Below are positions 1 to 12,781 of a stretch of 64,000 bases of DNA, one piece after another. Position numbers and translations under genes: made by a program. The notes beneath the pieces were generated by a model. The model made no database searches and had not been told where the DNA came from. It saw only the letters and a list, made by a program, of their open reading frames with translations. The stretch comes from Dehalococcoidia bacterium (GTDB lineage Bacteria > Chloroflexota > Dehalococcoidia > UBA6926), in contig CBDBNN010000003.1 of NCBI GenBank assembly GCA_965207895.1, positions 1,111,268 through 1,175,267 of the forward strand, in the 5' to 3' direction. Numbering within the stretch: position 1 is the first letter of the stretch; each line of letters begins with the position of its first letter.

Positions 1-157
1 CGACGGTTGGCTCGGTGGACAGGATTTCAAGCAAGCCGCCCGGAGGCAGCGGGTCGATAGCGCGGCGGATGAGCAGCAGGAGGCCGCCGCCACAGTCGAG
101 GCTGCCGCCATCGAGCGTGGTGTCCGGCGTATGTGTGTGCTGCGAGGTCGCGTCCAT
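1..157 (-). CDS. TusA/SirA-like sulfur carrier, partial (runs off the window start)
   Basis: Manual translation MDATSQHTHTPDTTLDGGSLDCGGGLLLLIRRAIDPLPPGGLLEILSTEPTV; TusA-like D-G-x-L-D-C-G motif; not in the ORF track. Confidence 0.7.
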   Translation of the reverse strand, partial: MDATSQHTHTPDTTLDGGSLDCGGGLLLLIRRAIDPLPPGGLLEILSTEPTV

Positions 158-197
158 GGTCGTTACCTAACCGGCACGTCCTGAGAAGGCGTTTCAG

Positions 198-560
198 TTA
201 GTAGGAGATGACCGGCACGCCGTCCGAGATGAACTCGATGAGGGTTGCGCCGCCGACGACAACTGCGCCGTCGATGAGCTTGGCGGGGTCCAGGCCGCGC
301 TTGTTGAAGCAGGGGGCGCAGACGAGGATGCGTCCGCCGCCCTCTACAAAATTGCCCATCAAATGTGAGAGGGGGGCGAATCCCTCCTCGTTGATGTCAT
401 CCGCGTAGCCTGCCTGTGAGACTCGGACGCCCTCCGTGCTGAGGAAGACGACCGTCTCCTTTTCGGAGCCGAGCGCGGCGTTGGCCAGGACGAACGCGAC
501 CGTTGTGCGGTCGGGATCATCGGCGGCGTGCGTGAGGCTGATACAAACCCTATCTGACAT
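198..560 (-). CDS. DsrE/DsrF family sulfur relay protein
   Basis: VVFLSTEGV and ILVCAPCFNKRG motifs; GGAGG upstream of the ATG at 560. Confidence 0.8.
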   Translation of the reverse strand: MSDRVCISLTHAADDPDRTTVAFVLANAALGSEKETVVFLSTEGVRVSQAGYADDINEEGFAPLSHLMGNFVEGGGRILVCAPCFNKRGLDPAKLIDGAVVVGGATLIEFISDGVPVISY

Positions 561-648
561 CTCTTGAGCTACCTCCATCTCTATCTGCTATTCCGGTACA
601 CCCTTCGACAAGCTCTGGGCGAATGGCAATCCAGGATTCTTCTCTTCG

Positions 649-903
649 CTATTTCTGTTCGATCCAGTACTCAGGGTGTTCGGCGTGGCGGAGCTGACGG
701 TTGGTGACACGGCACCACGCGGGGATTTCAAGGGGAGCGGCGATGTCATGGGAAATTAGACGAAAGAGATCGCCGGTCTGAAGGGGTCGAAATCGGAGTT
801 TGAGTTGGATGAGGACTTCGCCGCAACCCATGTGGCCTGCGTCCCATTCCGCGGCAAACGTACGGGCGGCGGCCGTTGCGCCGTCGGTGCTCGCGTCCTG
901 CAT
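649..903 (-). CDS. TusA family sulfurtransferase
   Basis: WDAGHMGCGE and D-x-AA-x-x-EIPAWC motifs. Confidence 0.8.
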   Translation of the reverse strand: MQDASTDGATAAARTFAAEWDAGHMGCGEVLIQLKLRFRPLQTGDLFRLISHDIAAPLEIPAWCRVTNRQLRHAEHPEYWIEQK

Positions 904-983
904 GGTTGAAGTGATTCTCCAGCCCGATTATTCGGTTTGCTTATAGCGTCCATAAGCATATCGCATACGGGAAAGCGTTTCAA

Positions 984-1165
984 AGGTAGGCAGTGCCTAC
1001 AGCCATGGTTCGCGATCTGGATTGAACGGTCTATGGAGTTTATTGGCCGCGTTCCGGCTGGGGCGGTTTGTTGAGGTAGGCGCTGCCTGCAGCCATGGTT
1101 CGCGATTGAGATTGATTCATGAAAGGAGTTTGCTTGCCGCGTTTCGGCTGGGTTGGCCTGTTAAG
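984..1165. repeat. Two imperfect 90-bp tandem direct repeats
   Basis: AGGTAGGC..TGCCT.CAGCCATGGTTCGCGAT...GCCGCGTT.CGGCTGGG starts at 984 and again at 1074. Confidence 0.75.
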
Positions 1166-1170
1166 GCTCT

Positions 1171-1277
1171 AGATTCCTCGACTGCGCTCAGAATGGCAGG
1201 AGGGGGGGCTCCCTCACCCCAACCCTCTCCCCACGGGACAGGGGGCCCCGATGGAATCCGGCTTTCGCCGGAATGAG
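1171..1277. repeat. Cluster of REP-like short palindromic intergenic repeats
   Basis: CCCTCACCC.AACCCTCTCCCC (also ~17831); GGAATCCGGCTTTCGCCGGAATGA (related copy ~2386); GATTC.TC.ACTGC.CTCAG (also ~17943); a further family CCCTTCGACAAGCTC at 601 and 13536, with a degenerate copy at ~24275. Confidence 0.6.
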
Positions 1278-1317
1278 GGAAGGAAGGGAGAGAGTGATTT
1301 GGTTGTAGGATGCGGGT

Positions 1318-2337
1318 ATGAGTGGAGAGGGCCAGAGCGAACAGGTTCCCATCCTGGTGGGGTGGGCGATGGATGAAGTGATTTTGGAGCGGATTGCGGC
1401 GGCGGATTCGCGGGTTAAGTTGCTAAACCGGGAAATTCCGCCTCTTCCTGCCCCGACGCAGTTATGGCCGCCGTTTCCCGAACCTCTGCTGCCGCTGGTC
1501 TCGGAGGCAGAGGTGCTGTTGACGCTGCGACTGCCGCCGGGGGTGCCAGAGTCGGCGCCCAACTTGAAATGGATCCATTCGCAGGCGGCGGGGATCGACT
1601 ATGTGGATCGCTCGCCGGGACTGCTGGACACGAGTGTGGTCATTACGAGTTCATCCGGTGTGCACGCCAGGCCGTTGAGTGAAACCGTGATGGGAGCGAT
1701 CATCGCGCTTGCAAAAGGGTTTCCGCAGGCTTTGCGACGGCAAGGTAGGCATGAATGGCTGCGGTATACGCCCGGGGATATTGAGGGAAAGGTCGTCTGT
1801 GTCGTCGGCGCGGGTAACATTGGCGCGGCCATAGCCGAACGCTGTCGGGCGATGGGTATGCGAGTTGTCGGCGTGCGGCGGGGGCGTCCTGTGGAGGGAT
1901 CGGATGTGGGGCCTTTTCAACGGGTAGTTGGGCAGGCCGATTTAGCTGAGGCACTGGCGATGGCTGACTACGTGGTGCTGTGCGCGCCACGAACGCCTGA
2001 GACCGTGGGGATGATGAGCGCGACAGAGTTCACAGCTATGAAGGAGGGGGCGCGATTCATCAACGTGGCACGAGGCGACCTTGTTGACGAGGGCGCGTTG
2101 ATTGCGGCGCTGGAGTCGGGGCGAGTTGGCGGGGCGTACCTGGACGTTTTCGCGACGGAGCCTCTGCCGGATGATAGTCCGTTGTGGGATATGGAGAACG
2201 TACTGATCACAGGGCATTCGGGGGCGGGGTCGGCGGACCGGGATGAGCGCGTGGTGGAGATCTTTTTGGAGAACCTTAGGCAGTACGTGGGCGGCAGGCC
2301 GCTTGTGAACGTGTACGACCACGCGCGGGGTTATTGA
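1318..2337 (+). CDS. D-2-hydroxyacid dehydrogenase (NAD-dependent)
   Basis: GAGNIG Rossmann motif, INVARG, LDVF..EPL, ITGH. Confidence 0.9.
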   Translation: MSGEGQSEQVPILVGWAMDEVILERIAAADSRVKLLNREIPPLPAPTQLWPPFPEPLLPLVSEAEVLLTLRLPPGVPESAPNLKWIHSQAAGIDYVDRSPGLLDTSVVITSSSGVHARPLSETVMGAIIALAKGFPQALRRQGRHEWLRYTPGDIEGKVVCVVGAGNIGAAIAERCRAMGMRVVGVRRGRPVEGSDVGPFQRVVGQADLAEALAMADYVVLCAPRTPETVGMMSATEFTAMKEGARFINVARGDLVDEGALIAALESGRVGGAYLDVFATEPLPDDSPLWDMENVLITGHSGAGSADRDERVVEIFLENLRQYVGGRPLVNVYDHARGY

Positions 2338-2570
2338 AGGGTTGGCGAAGGATTAACAGATAGGCGGCGCTGGTGCGCCGCACTGGATTCCCGTGTCAAG
2401 CACGAGAATGATGGAAAGGGCGGGAATGACAGCAAGGTGGCGGGCATGACGGACGAAGTGAGGGGCGTATTTGCTACACTATGGCGCGGCTTGTGAGACA
2501 GGTTTGAGCAGATAGCGGCAGGAACAATTCAAAGAACAATGAAATTAGCACTGACCAATCAGGATGAACG

Positions 2571-5309
<2,739 letters not shown>

Positions 5310-5322
5310 CTGAGCTCAGCGT

Positions 5323-5559
5323 TTAGCTGATGAATCCAGCTGCGATGGCGAACAGGCCAGCGGCAAGCGTTGCCCAAAGAGCTGCACCTATTAGGTAAAC
5401 GCGATGACCGAGACGATCAATCTTGTTGCCCATGTCAGGACGGAGGTCGTCAACCTTTCGGTCGATGCCCTGGACGACGAGAACCAGGTCATCTAGCCGC
5501 CGGGTCATCTGTTCGTAGGAACCTTCAAGCCGGCTCAGGCGTTCTTCAACCGTTGTCAT
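5323..5559 (-). CDS. Small coiled-coil protein with C-terminal transmembrane helix
   Basis: Heptad-like N-terminus (EERLSRLEG...IDRKVDDL) and hydrophobic C-terminus; GGAG RBS. Confidence 0.6.
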   Translation of the reverse strand: MTTVEERLSRLEGSYEQMTRRLDDLVLVVQGIDRKVDDLRPDMGNKIDRLGHRVYLIGAALWATLAAGLFAIAAGFIS

Positions 5560-5654
5560 GGGGACCGTTTACTCCCAACCGATGAAACGCGGGGCTCAGG
5601 GATAGCCTTAACCCCGCGTCATTTTCTAGCGAACCGGGTGTGGCCGACAGATGT

Positions 5655-6914
5655 TCATTCGAACTTCGTGAAGACGACGCAGGCGTTTTGGCCGCCGAAG
5701 CCGAAGCTGTTGGAGAGGGCGACGCGAACATCGGCGTCCCGCCCTTCGTTCGGGACGTAGTCGAGATCGCAAGCCGGGTCGGGCGTGGCCAGGTTGATGG
5801 TGGGGTGCAGCGCGCCTTCCTGAATGGATTTGACGACAGCGATAGCTTCGACGCCTCCTGCCGCGCCAAGCGCGTGGCCGATCATGGACTTGGTGGAACT
5901 GACCGGAATCTGGTAGGCTCGGTCGCCGAAAACGGCCTTGATGGCAGTTGTTTCTGCGGCGTCGCCCAGGGGTGTGGACGTTCCGTGCGCGTTGATGTAG
6001 CTGACCTCAGAGGGGTCAATGCCGGCGTTGTCGAGCGCCCATCGCATGGTGCGCGCAGCGCCTGCGCCGTCATCGCGCGGCTGCACAAAATCGAAGGCAT
6101 CGTTGGATGCTCCGTACCCTGCGACCTCCGCGTAGATGGTCGCGCCGCGCTCCTGTGCGTGCGACAGGGACTCCAGCACGAGGATTCCCGCAGCTTCCGT
6201 CGGGACGAATCCGTCGCGGTCCGTGTCGAATGGGCGTGACGCGCCGTGCGGGTCATCCTTACGCTGGGAGAGGGCACGCATGGCGCAGAACGCGGCGAGG
6301 CCCTGCGCGCAGATGGACGATTCTGAGCCGCCAGAGATGATGATGTCTGCGCGTCCGGCGCGGATCATATCAGCGGCATCACCGATGGCCTGCGTTCCCG
6401 CGGCGCATGCGGTGATGACGGTGTTGTTGTAGCCGACGAGTCCGAGCGCCATGGCGACGTTCGCGGCGGCCATGTTGGGGAGCATCTTGGACATATAGAT
6501 GGGGCTGACCTTGCTCCATCCACGCTCGTAGAAGATCTTGCTCTGCTCCTCCGTGTCCGGATAACTGCCGATCCCGTTGCCGAGGAGGACGCCGATGCGC
6601 TCCACGTCTGCGGTTTCGAGGTCGATGCCGGCGTCGTCAACGGCCTGTCGCGATGCAGCTACGGCGAGTTGAGAGAAGCGGGCGAGCCGTCGCACCTGCT
6701 TGGCAGGCATGTACTCGCTGGCGTCGAAATTGCGGACTTCACCCGCGACAACGCAGGGGAACTCTGATGCGTCAAAGCTCTCAATGTATTCGATTCCGCT
6801 CCGGCCTTCGATAAGTCCGTTCCAGTACTCATCGATGGTGTTGCCGAGCGGGGTCAGGGCACCCATACCGGTGACTACGACCCGCTGATCCGGGGTTCGG
6901 TCCTGCGCTGCCAT
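5655..6914 (-). CDS. fabF: 3-oxoacyl-ACP synthase II
   Basis: TACAAG, NAHGTST, KSMIGH, NSFGFGGQN. Confidence 0.95.
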   Translation of the reverse strand: MAAQDRTPDQRVVVTGMGALTPLGNTIDEYWNGLIEGRSGIEYIESFDASEFPCVVAGEVRNFDASEYMPAKQVRRLARFSQLAVAASRQAVDDAGIDLETADVERIGVLLGNGIGSYPDTEEQSKIFYERGWSKVSPIYMSKMLPNMAAANVAMALGLVGYNNTVITACAAGTQAIGDAADMIRAGRADIIISGGSESSICAQGLAAFCAMRALSQRKDDPHGASRPFDTDRDGFVPTEAAGILVLESLSHAQERGATIYAEVAGYGASNDAFDFVQPRDDGAGAARTMRWALDNAGIDPSEVSYINAHGTSTPLGDAAETTAIKAVFGDRAYQIPVSSTKSMIGHALGAAGGVEAIAVVKSIQEGALHPTINLATPDPACDLDYVPNEGRDADVRVALSNSFGFGGQNACVVFTKFE

Positions 6915-6959
6915 TCCTGCTACTCCTTCCTCCGTCTCCCGTTTGTCGGGTTGCCGTCT

Positions 6960-8345
6960 CTAATAGGCGGATTCGTCCGGCTTGACGCCGAGCACATGCT
7001 CCCGCGCCTCAGCCACAACGAACAGTGAGCCCGTGACGAGGATGAGCGCGGAGGGGCCACCCTCCAGTTCTGCCCGTTCAATGGCCGCCGCGACTGTGTT
7101 CTCCGGCCGCACGGGGACTCCCGCCTCCCATAGTGTATCTGCTATGTCATCCGGGGACATGGAGCGCGGGCTGCGGGAACTAGTCGCGAACGCGCCGGTG
7201 GCGACGGTGCCGATTTCTCGAGCAATGCCGCTCACGTCCTTGTCCGATGCTGCGCCGAGCACCAACTGAACCTCTCGCCCCGGAAACGTTTCACGTATTG
7301 TCTCAGCCAGCCGCGTTGCGGAGTAGGAGTTGTGCGCGCCGTCAGCCACGATTAGTGGGGATTCACTAAGAATCTCCATGCGGCCGGGCCACGTGACGCC
7401 GCTGAATCCGGTGTAGGTGTCGTCGTAGGGAACGGGGTAGTGGAGATCACGCAGGCGCTCCAGCATGGCCATTGCGAGCGAGGCGTTTTCAAGTTGATGC
7501 TCTCCGAGCAGGCTCGTTCGGAGTTGGTGCTCAATTGGGCGATCACCGATTTGTCCCCACATGGCGAAGTCCTGACCGGATAGCGTGGCCTTTTCGGGTC
7601 GCCAAAAGACATCACGGCGGAGCAACGTTAGCGGCGCTCCCAATTCATGGCTGCGGTTGATGATGACTTCTGCGGCGTCGGATTCCTGTGGGGCAGAGAC
7701 AACCGGTACGCCGGACTTGATGATGCCCGCCTTTTCGGTTGCGATTTCGCGGATCGTCGAGCCGAGAAACGCCTCATGGTCGAGGCTGATGGACGTGATG
7801 CCGGTGACGGCGGGCTCGACGACGTTGCTGGAATCAAGGCGGCCCCCAAGTCCCACCTCGATGACCTGCATTTCAACGTTCTGTGCTCGAAAGGCAACGA
7901 ATGCCATCGCCGTGAGGGCTTCAAAGGTGGTGATGCTGCCGTATGAACCGTCCGCGTTCACGGCGTCAACTGCCGGTCTGACGATGCTTGCTGCGTCGAC
8001 GAAATCCTGTTCAGAACAGGGATAGCCATTGACAGCGATTCGCTCACGGATGGTGTGGAGGTGAGGAGAGGTGAACAGTGCGGTGCGGTAGCCCGAGGTG
8101 GTGAGGGCGGCGGCAAGAAGGGCGCACGTGCTGCCCTTGCCCTTTGTGCCTGCGACGTGCAGCGTGACGGGCCCGACGTGCGGATTGTCCAGTCGGTGCA
8201 GGAGTGCATGGACGCGGTCGAGATTCCAGCGGCGGGTCGCGATCGGAACGTCGGAGCTTTCGCGGTCCGTCGGGTCTGAAGGCGCGACGGGGCGTTCAAA
8301 GTTGGTCATGCCGAGCAGCCATGCAACGGCTTGGGAATAGTCCAT
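6960..8345 (-). CDS. folC: Folylpolyglutamate synthase/dihydrofolate synthase
   Basis: HVAGTKGKGST, FTSPHL, EVGLGGRLD, DGAHN. Confidence 0.93.
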   Translation of the reverse strand: MDYSQAVAWLLGMTNFERPVAPSDPTDRESSDVPIATRRWNLDRVHALLHRLDNPHVGPVTLHVAGTKGKGSTCALLAAALTTSGYRTALFTSPHLHTIRERIAVNGYPCSEQDFVDAASIVRPAVDAVNADGSYGSITTFEALTAMAFVAFRAQNVEMQVIEVGLGGRLDSSNVVEPAVTGITSISLDHEAFLGSTIREIATEKAGIIKSGVPVVSAPQESDAAEVIINRSHELGAPLTLLRRDVFWRPEKATLSGQDFAMWGQIGDRPIEHQLRTSLLGEHQLENASLAMAMLERLRDLHYPVPYDDTYTGFSGVTWPGRMEILSESPLIVADGAHNSYSATRLAETIRETFPGREVQLVLGAASDKDVSGIAREIGTVATGAFATSSRSPRSMSPDDIADTLWEAGVPVRPENTVAAAIERAELEGGPSALILVTGSLFVVAEAREHVLGVKPDESAY

Positions 8346-8431
8346 GGATTGAGTATAGGGCGCGCCGCCGGACAGATTCACTCGGCTACAATGAGATGCG
8401 TACACACACTTATGGAGTTTTGGCTAACGTC

Positions 8432-11116
8432 ATGACGTCTGAAATGCCGCAATATCGAACGGGCCCGGAGTTGCGAGAGCTATTCCTCAGCTTCTTTGAG
8501 TCCAAAGGGCATAGCCGCATGCCGTCGTCGTCGCTTGTGCCGCATGATGACCCAACACTGCTATTCACGACCGCCGGCATGGTGCAGTTCAAGCCTTATT
8601 TCCTGGGGCAGTCCGAGCCGCCGAATGTTCGCCTGACGACGGTACAGAAGTCATTTCGAACCACCGACATTGGCGAGGTTGGGGATACGACGCACCTGAC
8701 GTTTTTCGAGATGCTGGGCAACTTCTCATTTGGAGATTATTTCAAGAAGGGCGCAATTGAGCATGCATGGGAACTCTGCACCGAGCGCCTGGGTCTAAGC
8801 CCAGACAGGCTGTGGGCGACTGTGTACACAGACGATGATGAGGCGGCGGGACTATGGGAACAGACGGGGGTGCCGTCGGAGCGTATTCAGCGCTTCGGCG
8901 CGTCTGATAATTGGTGGGGGCCTGCCGGCAACAGCGGGCCGTGCGGACCGTGTTCCGAGATTCACTATGACCTGGGACCCGGAGAGCCGTGCGATCAAGA
9001 CCCCTGCGGCCCGAATTGTGAATGCGGCCGTTTCGTGGAAATCTGGAATCTCGTGTTCATGGAGTTTGACCAGGCAGAGGACGGTACACGGACGCCGCTT
9101 GAGCAGAAGAATATCGACACCGGTATGGGACTGGAGCGTTTGGCAGCGATCATCCAGCGCGCCGAGAATATCTATTCAACAGACCTCTTCCAACCGCTCA
9201 TCGCGTCCGCTGCGTCTATTGCGGGCACTGAATACGGCAAGGATGCGGATACGGATCGCGCGCTGCGAGTGATGGCAGAGCATGCGCGGTCGGGCGCGTT
9301 CCTGATCATGGACGGCGTGACGCCGGGGAATGAGGGACGCGGTTACGTGCTGCGGCGGATGCTGCGGCGGGGAATTCGGTTCGCGCAGGGCCTGGGTGTG
9401 AATGAGCCGTTCCTGGGCCGGATAATCACGGACGCGGTTCTTCCGCTGATGGCCCCGGCCTATCCGGCGCTCAATGACGCTCTCGACCATATTGTGCAGA
9501 CGGTGACGCGCGAGGAGGAGCAGTTCCAGCGAACTCTTTCCGTGGGGACGGCGCTGCTCGATGAGGTGATGGTGCGGGTGGAGTCGGACGGGGAGTCCGT
9601 TGTGCCGGGCGACGAGCTTTTCCGCCTTTACGACACCTACGGTTTCCCGGTGGAACTCGCGGAGGAGATTGCCCTTGATCGTCAGATGAGCGTTGACCAT
9701 GACGGTTTCCAGCGCGAAATGGAGGCGCAGCGAAACCGAGGCAGAGCAGCGACTTCGTTCGGTGGCGGGGCTGAAGGATCGGAGGCATATCGGCTGCTGT
9801 CCAGTCTTTCGACCCAATTCACGGGCTATGAGGTCGCGCGGGATGAGAGCAATGTCACCGGTCTGATTGTCGGCGGGGGAGTGACAGAGACAGCTTCGCA
9901 AAATCAACAAGTGGAGATTGTGACGGCGCGAACGCCGTTCTACCCAGAGGGCGGCGGGCAAGTAGGAGACGTTGGCGTGATCCGTGGGCCTGCCGGTCTT
10001 GCCCGGATTACCGACACGCAGCGGCCCGTCGGAGAGCGGCCCGATTTTGTTATTCACATCGGTGTGGTGGAAGAGGGTACGTTGAACGTTGGGGACAGGG
10101 TGACGCTTGAGGTTGATCCTGCGGCGCGGGCGCAGGCGACCCGCCACCACACGGCGACGCATCTGCTGCACGCGGCGCTTCGCTCCACGTTGGGTGGGCA
10201 CGTGAGACAGGCCGGATCGTATGTCTCACCGGATCATCTGCGCTTCGATTTCTCGCACACGGCCTCTCTGAATGAGCACGAGATTGCGGCCATTACACAT
10301 GCGGTCAACGCGAGGGTAATTCGGAACATCGCCGTCCAATCTGAGGTGCAGCCGATCCAGGACGCGCTGGCATCCGGGGCGCTCGCCTTCTTTGGCGACC
10401 GGTACGGCAGCGAGGTGCGCACGGTTTCCATTGACAGTGAGGATGAGGGAGCACCATTCAGTCACGAGCTCTGCGGCGGCACTCACGTTCACGCCACAGG
10501 TGAAGTGGGGTTTATCTACGTCGTTGGAGAGAGTTCAATCGGCGCGGGGATGAGGCGGGTGGAGGCGGTGGCAGGTTCGAACGCGGACCAGCTTCTGCGT
10601 GATCGCATGTCCGTACTCGAGCGGCTGTCTCGTCAATTGACGGTGCCGGTGGAGGAGATCGAAACGCGGATTGCGGACCAGATGGCGGAGTCGGAACGGC
10701 TGCGCCGGCGGGCTGAGGAACTTGAGCGAGAACGGGCGCGCTCACAGATAGAATCATTGCTTCCGCAGGCGGTGCAGGTGGGCGAACCGCCTGTGACGCT
10801 GCTCTCGGCTCGGGTGGAAAATATCGCGTCGGCTGATCTGCTGCGGGATGTTGCGGACAGAACGCGAGCCGAGCTTGGATCAGGAATCGTCGTACTTGGC
10901 GCGGATGTTGGCGGGAGACCGTCATTGGTGTGCGCAATCAGCGCGGATATCGTTGAACGGGGAGGCACCTATGATGCCGGACGTATCGTCAAAGAGACAG
11001 CGGCAATTGTTGGCGGCGGGGGAGGTGGACGCAAGGACTTTGCAAGCGCGGGTGGGCGTGACGCCTCCAAGCTGGATCAGGCGATAGCAGCGGTGGCGGG
11101 GATAGTGACGGGGTAG
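8432..11116 (+). CDS. alaS: Alanine--tRNA ligase
   Basis: DPTLLFTTAGM, HLTFFEMLGNFSFGDYFK, DTGMGLER, HTATHLL, ELCGGTH, C-terminal GGGGG; start chosen at the ATG at 8432. Confidence 0.97.
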   Translation: MTSEMPQYRTGPELRELFLSFFESKGHSRMPSSSLVPHDDPTLLFTTAGMVQFKPYFLGQSEPPNVRLTTVQKSFRTTDIGEVGDTTHLTFFEMLGNFSFGDYFKKGAIEHAWELCTERLGLSPDRLWATVYTDDDEAAGLWEQTGVPSERIQRFGASDNWWGPAGNSGPCGPCSEIHYDLGPGEPCDQDPCGPNCECGRFVEIWNLVFMEFDQAEDGTRTPLEQKNIDTGMGLERLAAIIQRAENIYSTDLFQPLIASAASIAGTEYGKDADTDRALRVMAEHARSGAFLIMDGVTPGNEGRGYVLRRMLRRGIRFAQGLGVNEPFLGRIITDAVLPLMAPAYPALNDALDHIVQTVTREEEQFQRTLSVGTALLDEVMVRVESDGESVVPGDELFRLYDTYGFPVELAEEIALDRQMSVDHDGFQREMEAQRNRGRAATSFGGGAEGSEAYRLLSSLSTQFTGYEVARDESNVTGLIVGGGVTETASQNQQVEIVTARTPFYPEGGGQVGDVGVIRGPAGLARITDTQRPVGERPDFVIHIGVVEEGTLNVGDRVTLEVDPAARAQATRHHTATHLLHAALRSTLGGHVRQAGSYVSPDHLRFDFSHTASLNEHEIAAITHAVNARVIRNIAVQSEVQPIQDALASGALAFFGDRYGSEVRTVSIDSEDEGAPFSHELCGGTHVHATGEVGFIYVVGESSIGAGMRRVEAVAGSNADQLLRDRMSVLERLSRQLTVPVEEIETRIADQMAESERLRRRAEELERERARSQIESLLPQAVQVGEPPVTLLSARVENIASADLLRDVADRTRAELGSGIVVLGADVGGRPSLVCAISADIVERGGTYDAGRIVKETAAIVGGGGGGRKDFASAGGRDASKLDQAIAAVAGIVTG

Positions 11117-11132
11117 GATTCTGCCGGTCGGA

Positions 11133-11543
11133 CTACTCAGAGCGGTCGAATGGGTTGAGGACCGGGATGCCAAGTTGTTGGAAGTCGCGCACGTTGCGTG
11201 TGACGACGGTCAGCGAATTCACGATGGCGGTGGCGGCGATGAGGGCGTCCATCAGTAGCCTCTCAGGCTGACGATGCATCAGCCTCGCCCATACACGGAA
11301 AGCGTCCGCGTTGGCGGGCAAGACTGTGAAATCCGTCAAGACGGATTCTAGCCACTCCTCTATTTCCCCGGCCCTGGCACCATCCCGTTCTCGTAGGTTT
11401 TCGATCCCAGCCTGAACCTCGCCAATAGTCATAGCGGAGATGTATAGGCGCCCCATCGGGACACGTTCCGCCCACTCAAGCACTGCCGGATTTGCGTGAG
11501 CGCGACGAAACTCCGATATGACGTTTGTGTCGAGGAGGTACAT
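11133..11543 (-). CDS. vapC: VapC-like PIN domain toxin
   Basis: YLLDTNVISE, DALIAATA, VVTRNVRDF. Confidence 0.92.
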   Translation of the reverse strand: MYLLDTNVISEFRRAHANPAVLEWAERVPMGRLYISAMTIGEVQAGIENLRERDGARAGEIEEWLESVLTDFTVLPANADAFRVWARLMHRQPERLLMDALIAATAIVNSLTVVTRNVRDFQQLGIPVLNPFDRSE

Positions 11544-11552
11544 CGGATGTGG

Positions 11553-11849
11553 TTAGGAGAATGTAGGCGGCGGACGACGCCTGTACTTTCGACGAGATGG
11601 AATGGGCAAATCAAAGCGGGGACCCGGAGCGAGGACCCAATCTTTCAGGGTTCGTGGCTTTTGCCGTGCCTCTGAGTTCTCATTTTCCTCCAGTTCCAGC
11701 CACTGTTGGTACGGAACGACCACCACGGCTTCAATACCGCGCTTCGTTACGATCTGCGGGCCGTTCTCAAGCGTGTCTTCCACCAGCGCACTGAACCGCG
11801 CCTTTGCTTCTTGTAGTTGCCACTTGTTCGTTTGATCACCCTCACTCAT
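11553..11849 (-). CDS. Phd/YefM family antitoxin
   Basis: WQLQEAKARFSALV...GPQIVTKRG; directly upstream of the PIN toxin. Confidence 0.9.
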   Translation of the reverse strand: MSEGDQTNKWQLQEAKARFSALVEDTLENGPQIVTKRGIEAVVVVPYQQWLELEENENSEARQKPRTLKDWVLAPGPRFDLPIPSRRKYRRRPPPTFS

Positions 11850-11876
11850 GATGACCTCCGGGTTTGGAATTGGTTC

Positions 11877-11904
11877 AATTGACTAGTCATCAGACTAGTC
11901 AATT
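11877..11904. promoter_or_regulatory. Perfect inverted repeat, probable TA autorepression operator
   Basis: AATTGACTAGTC-ATCA-GACTAGTCAATT just upstream of the antitoxin start. Confidence 0.75.
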
Positions 11905-11978
11905 ATGGATGGAATGTCAACAGTATTGTCCTACACCCTGTGTATCAGATTCTGGCGCAGGCCAGAATGACGGGCGTT

Positions 11979-12776
11979 CTAATAAGTGATGGCGGTTGTG
12001 GAGCCGCCGTCGACGGCGATGGTTTGGCCTGTGATTGCGCCGCCGGCAGGGGATGCGAGGAGCATGGCCAGAGCACCAATATCCTCCGGATGAATCATAC
12101 GGCCCACAGGAATGGCAGATGCCAAGCGCGATTCGGCCTCCTCAAACGTTCCCCCGTTGCGTTCCATCTCCGACTCCACCCTGGGGCGGTTTCTCTCCGT
12201 GAGGACCGCGCCCGGATGAATGACGTTGACGGTGATGCCGTGCGGGCCGAGTTCTGTAGCCATATTCTTGCAGAGGGCGGCCAGTGCGGAGTTGCGTACG
12301 CTCGCGCTGGCGGAGCCAATCTGGCGCGACGATGCGCCACCAACGCCGATGATCCGCCCGTAACCTGATGACTTCATGTGAGGAACGACGGCCTGCGCGA
12401 GCCGCAGGATACCGAGAACCTTCACATCAATGGCGTTGCCCAAAGAGGTCACGTCCAACTCAGAAGGTGTCCCGGGCAGCGCTCCAACAACATCGACTGC
12501 TGAGCTGATAACAGCGTCGATTCGTCCGGTTGCGTCGAGAACAGACCGGACAGCGGTTGCAACGGATTCAGCGTCCGTGACGTTCATCTCGGTGGTGCGG
12601 ATATCCACGCCTGAGCGTGACGCAATCTCTGCTTTCGTTTGCTCAAGCCGATCGCGTCCCCTCGCGGAAATCGTCACGTCCGCGCCTTCTCGGGCGAACT
12701 GCTCGGCGACAATCGATCCTATTCCGCCGCTGCCTCCGGTGACGAGGACGCTCCGGCCTTTGAGGTCAAGTTCCAT
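11979..12776 (-). CDS. Short-chain dehydrogenase/reductase (atypical active site)
   Basis: TGGSGGIG, ITVNVIHPG, ITGQTIAVDGG; SxxxN in place of YxxxK. Confidence 0.88.
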   Translation of the reverse strand: MELDLKGRSVLVTGGSGGIGSIVAEQFAREGADVTISARGRDRLEQTKAEIASRSGVDIRTTEMNVTDAESVATAVRSVLDATGRIDAVISSAVDVVGALPGTPSELDVTSLGNAIDVKVLGILRLAQAVVPHMKSSGYGRIIGVGGASSRQIGSASASVRNSALAALCKNMATELGPHGITVNVIHPGAVLTERNRPRVESEMERNGGTFEEAESRLASAIPVGRMIHPEDIGALAMLLASPAGGAITGQTIAVDGGSTTAITY

Positions 12777-12781
12777 GTGGC

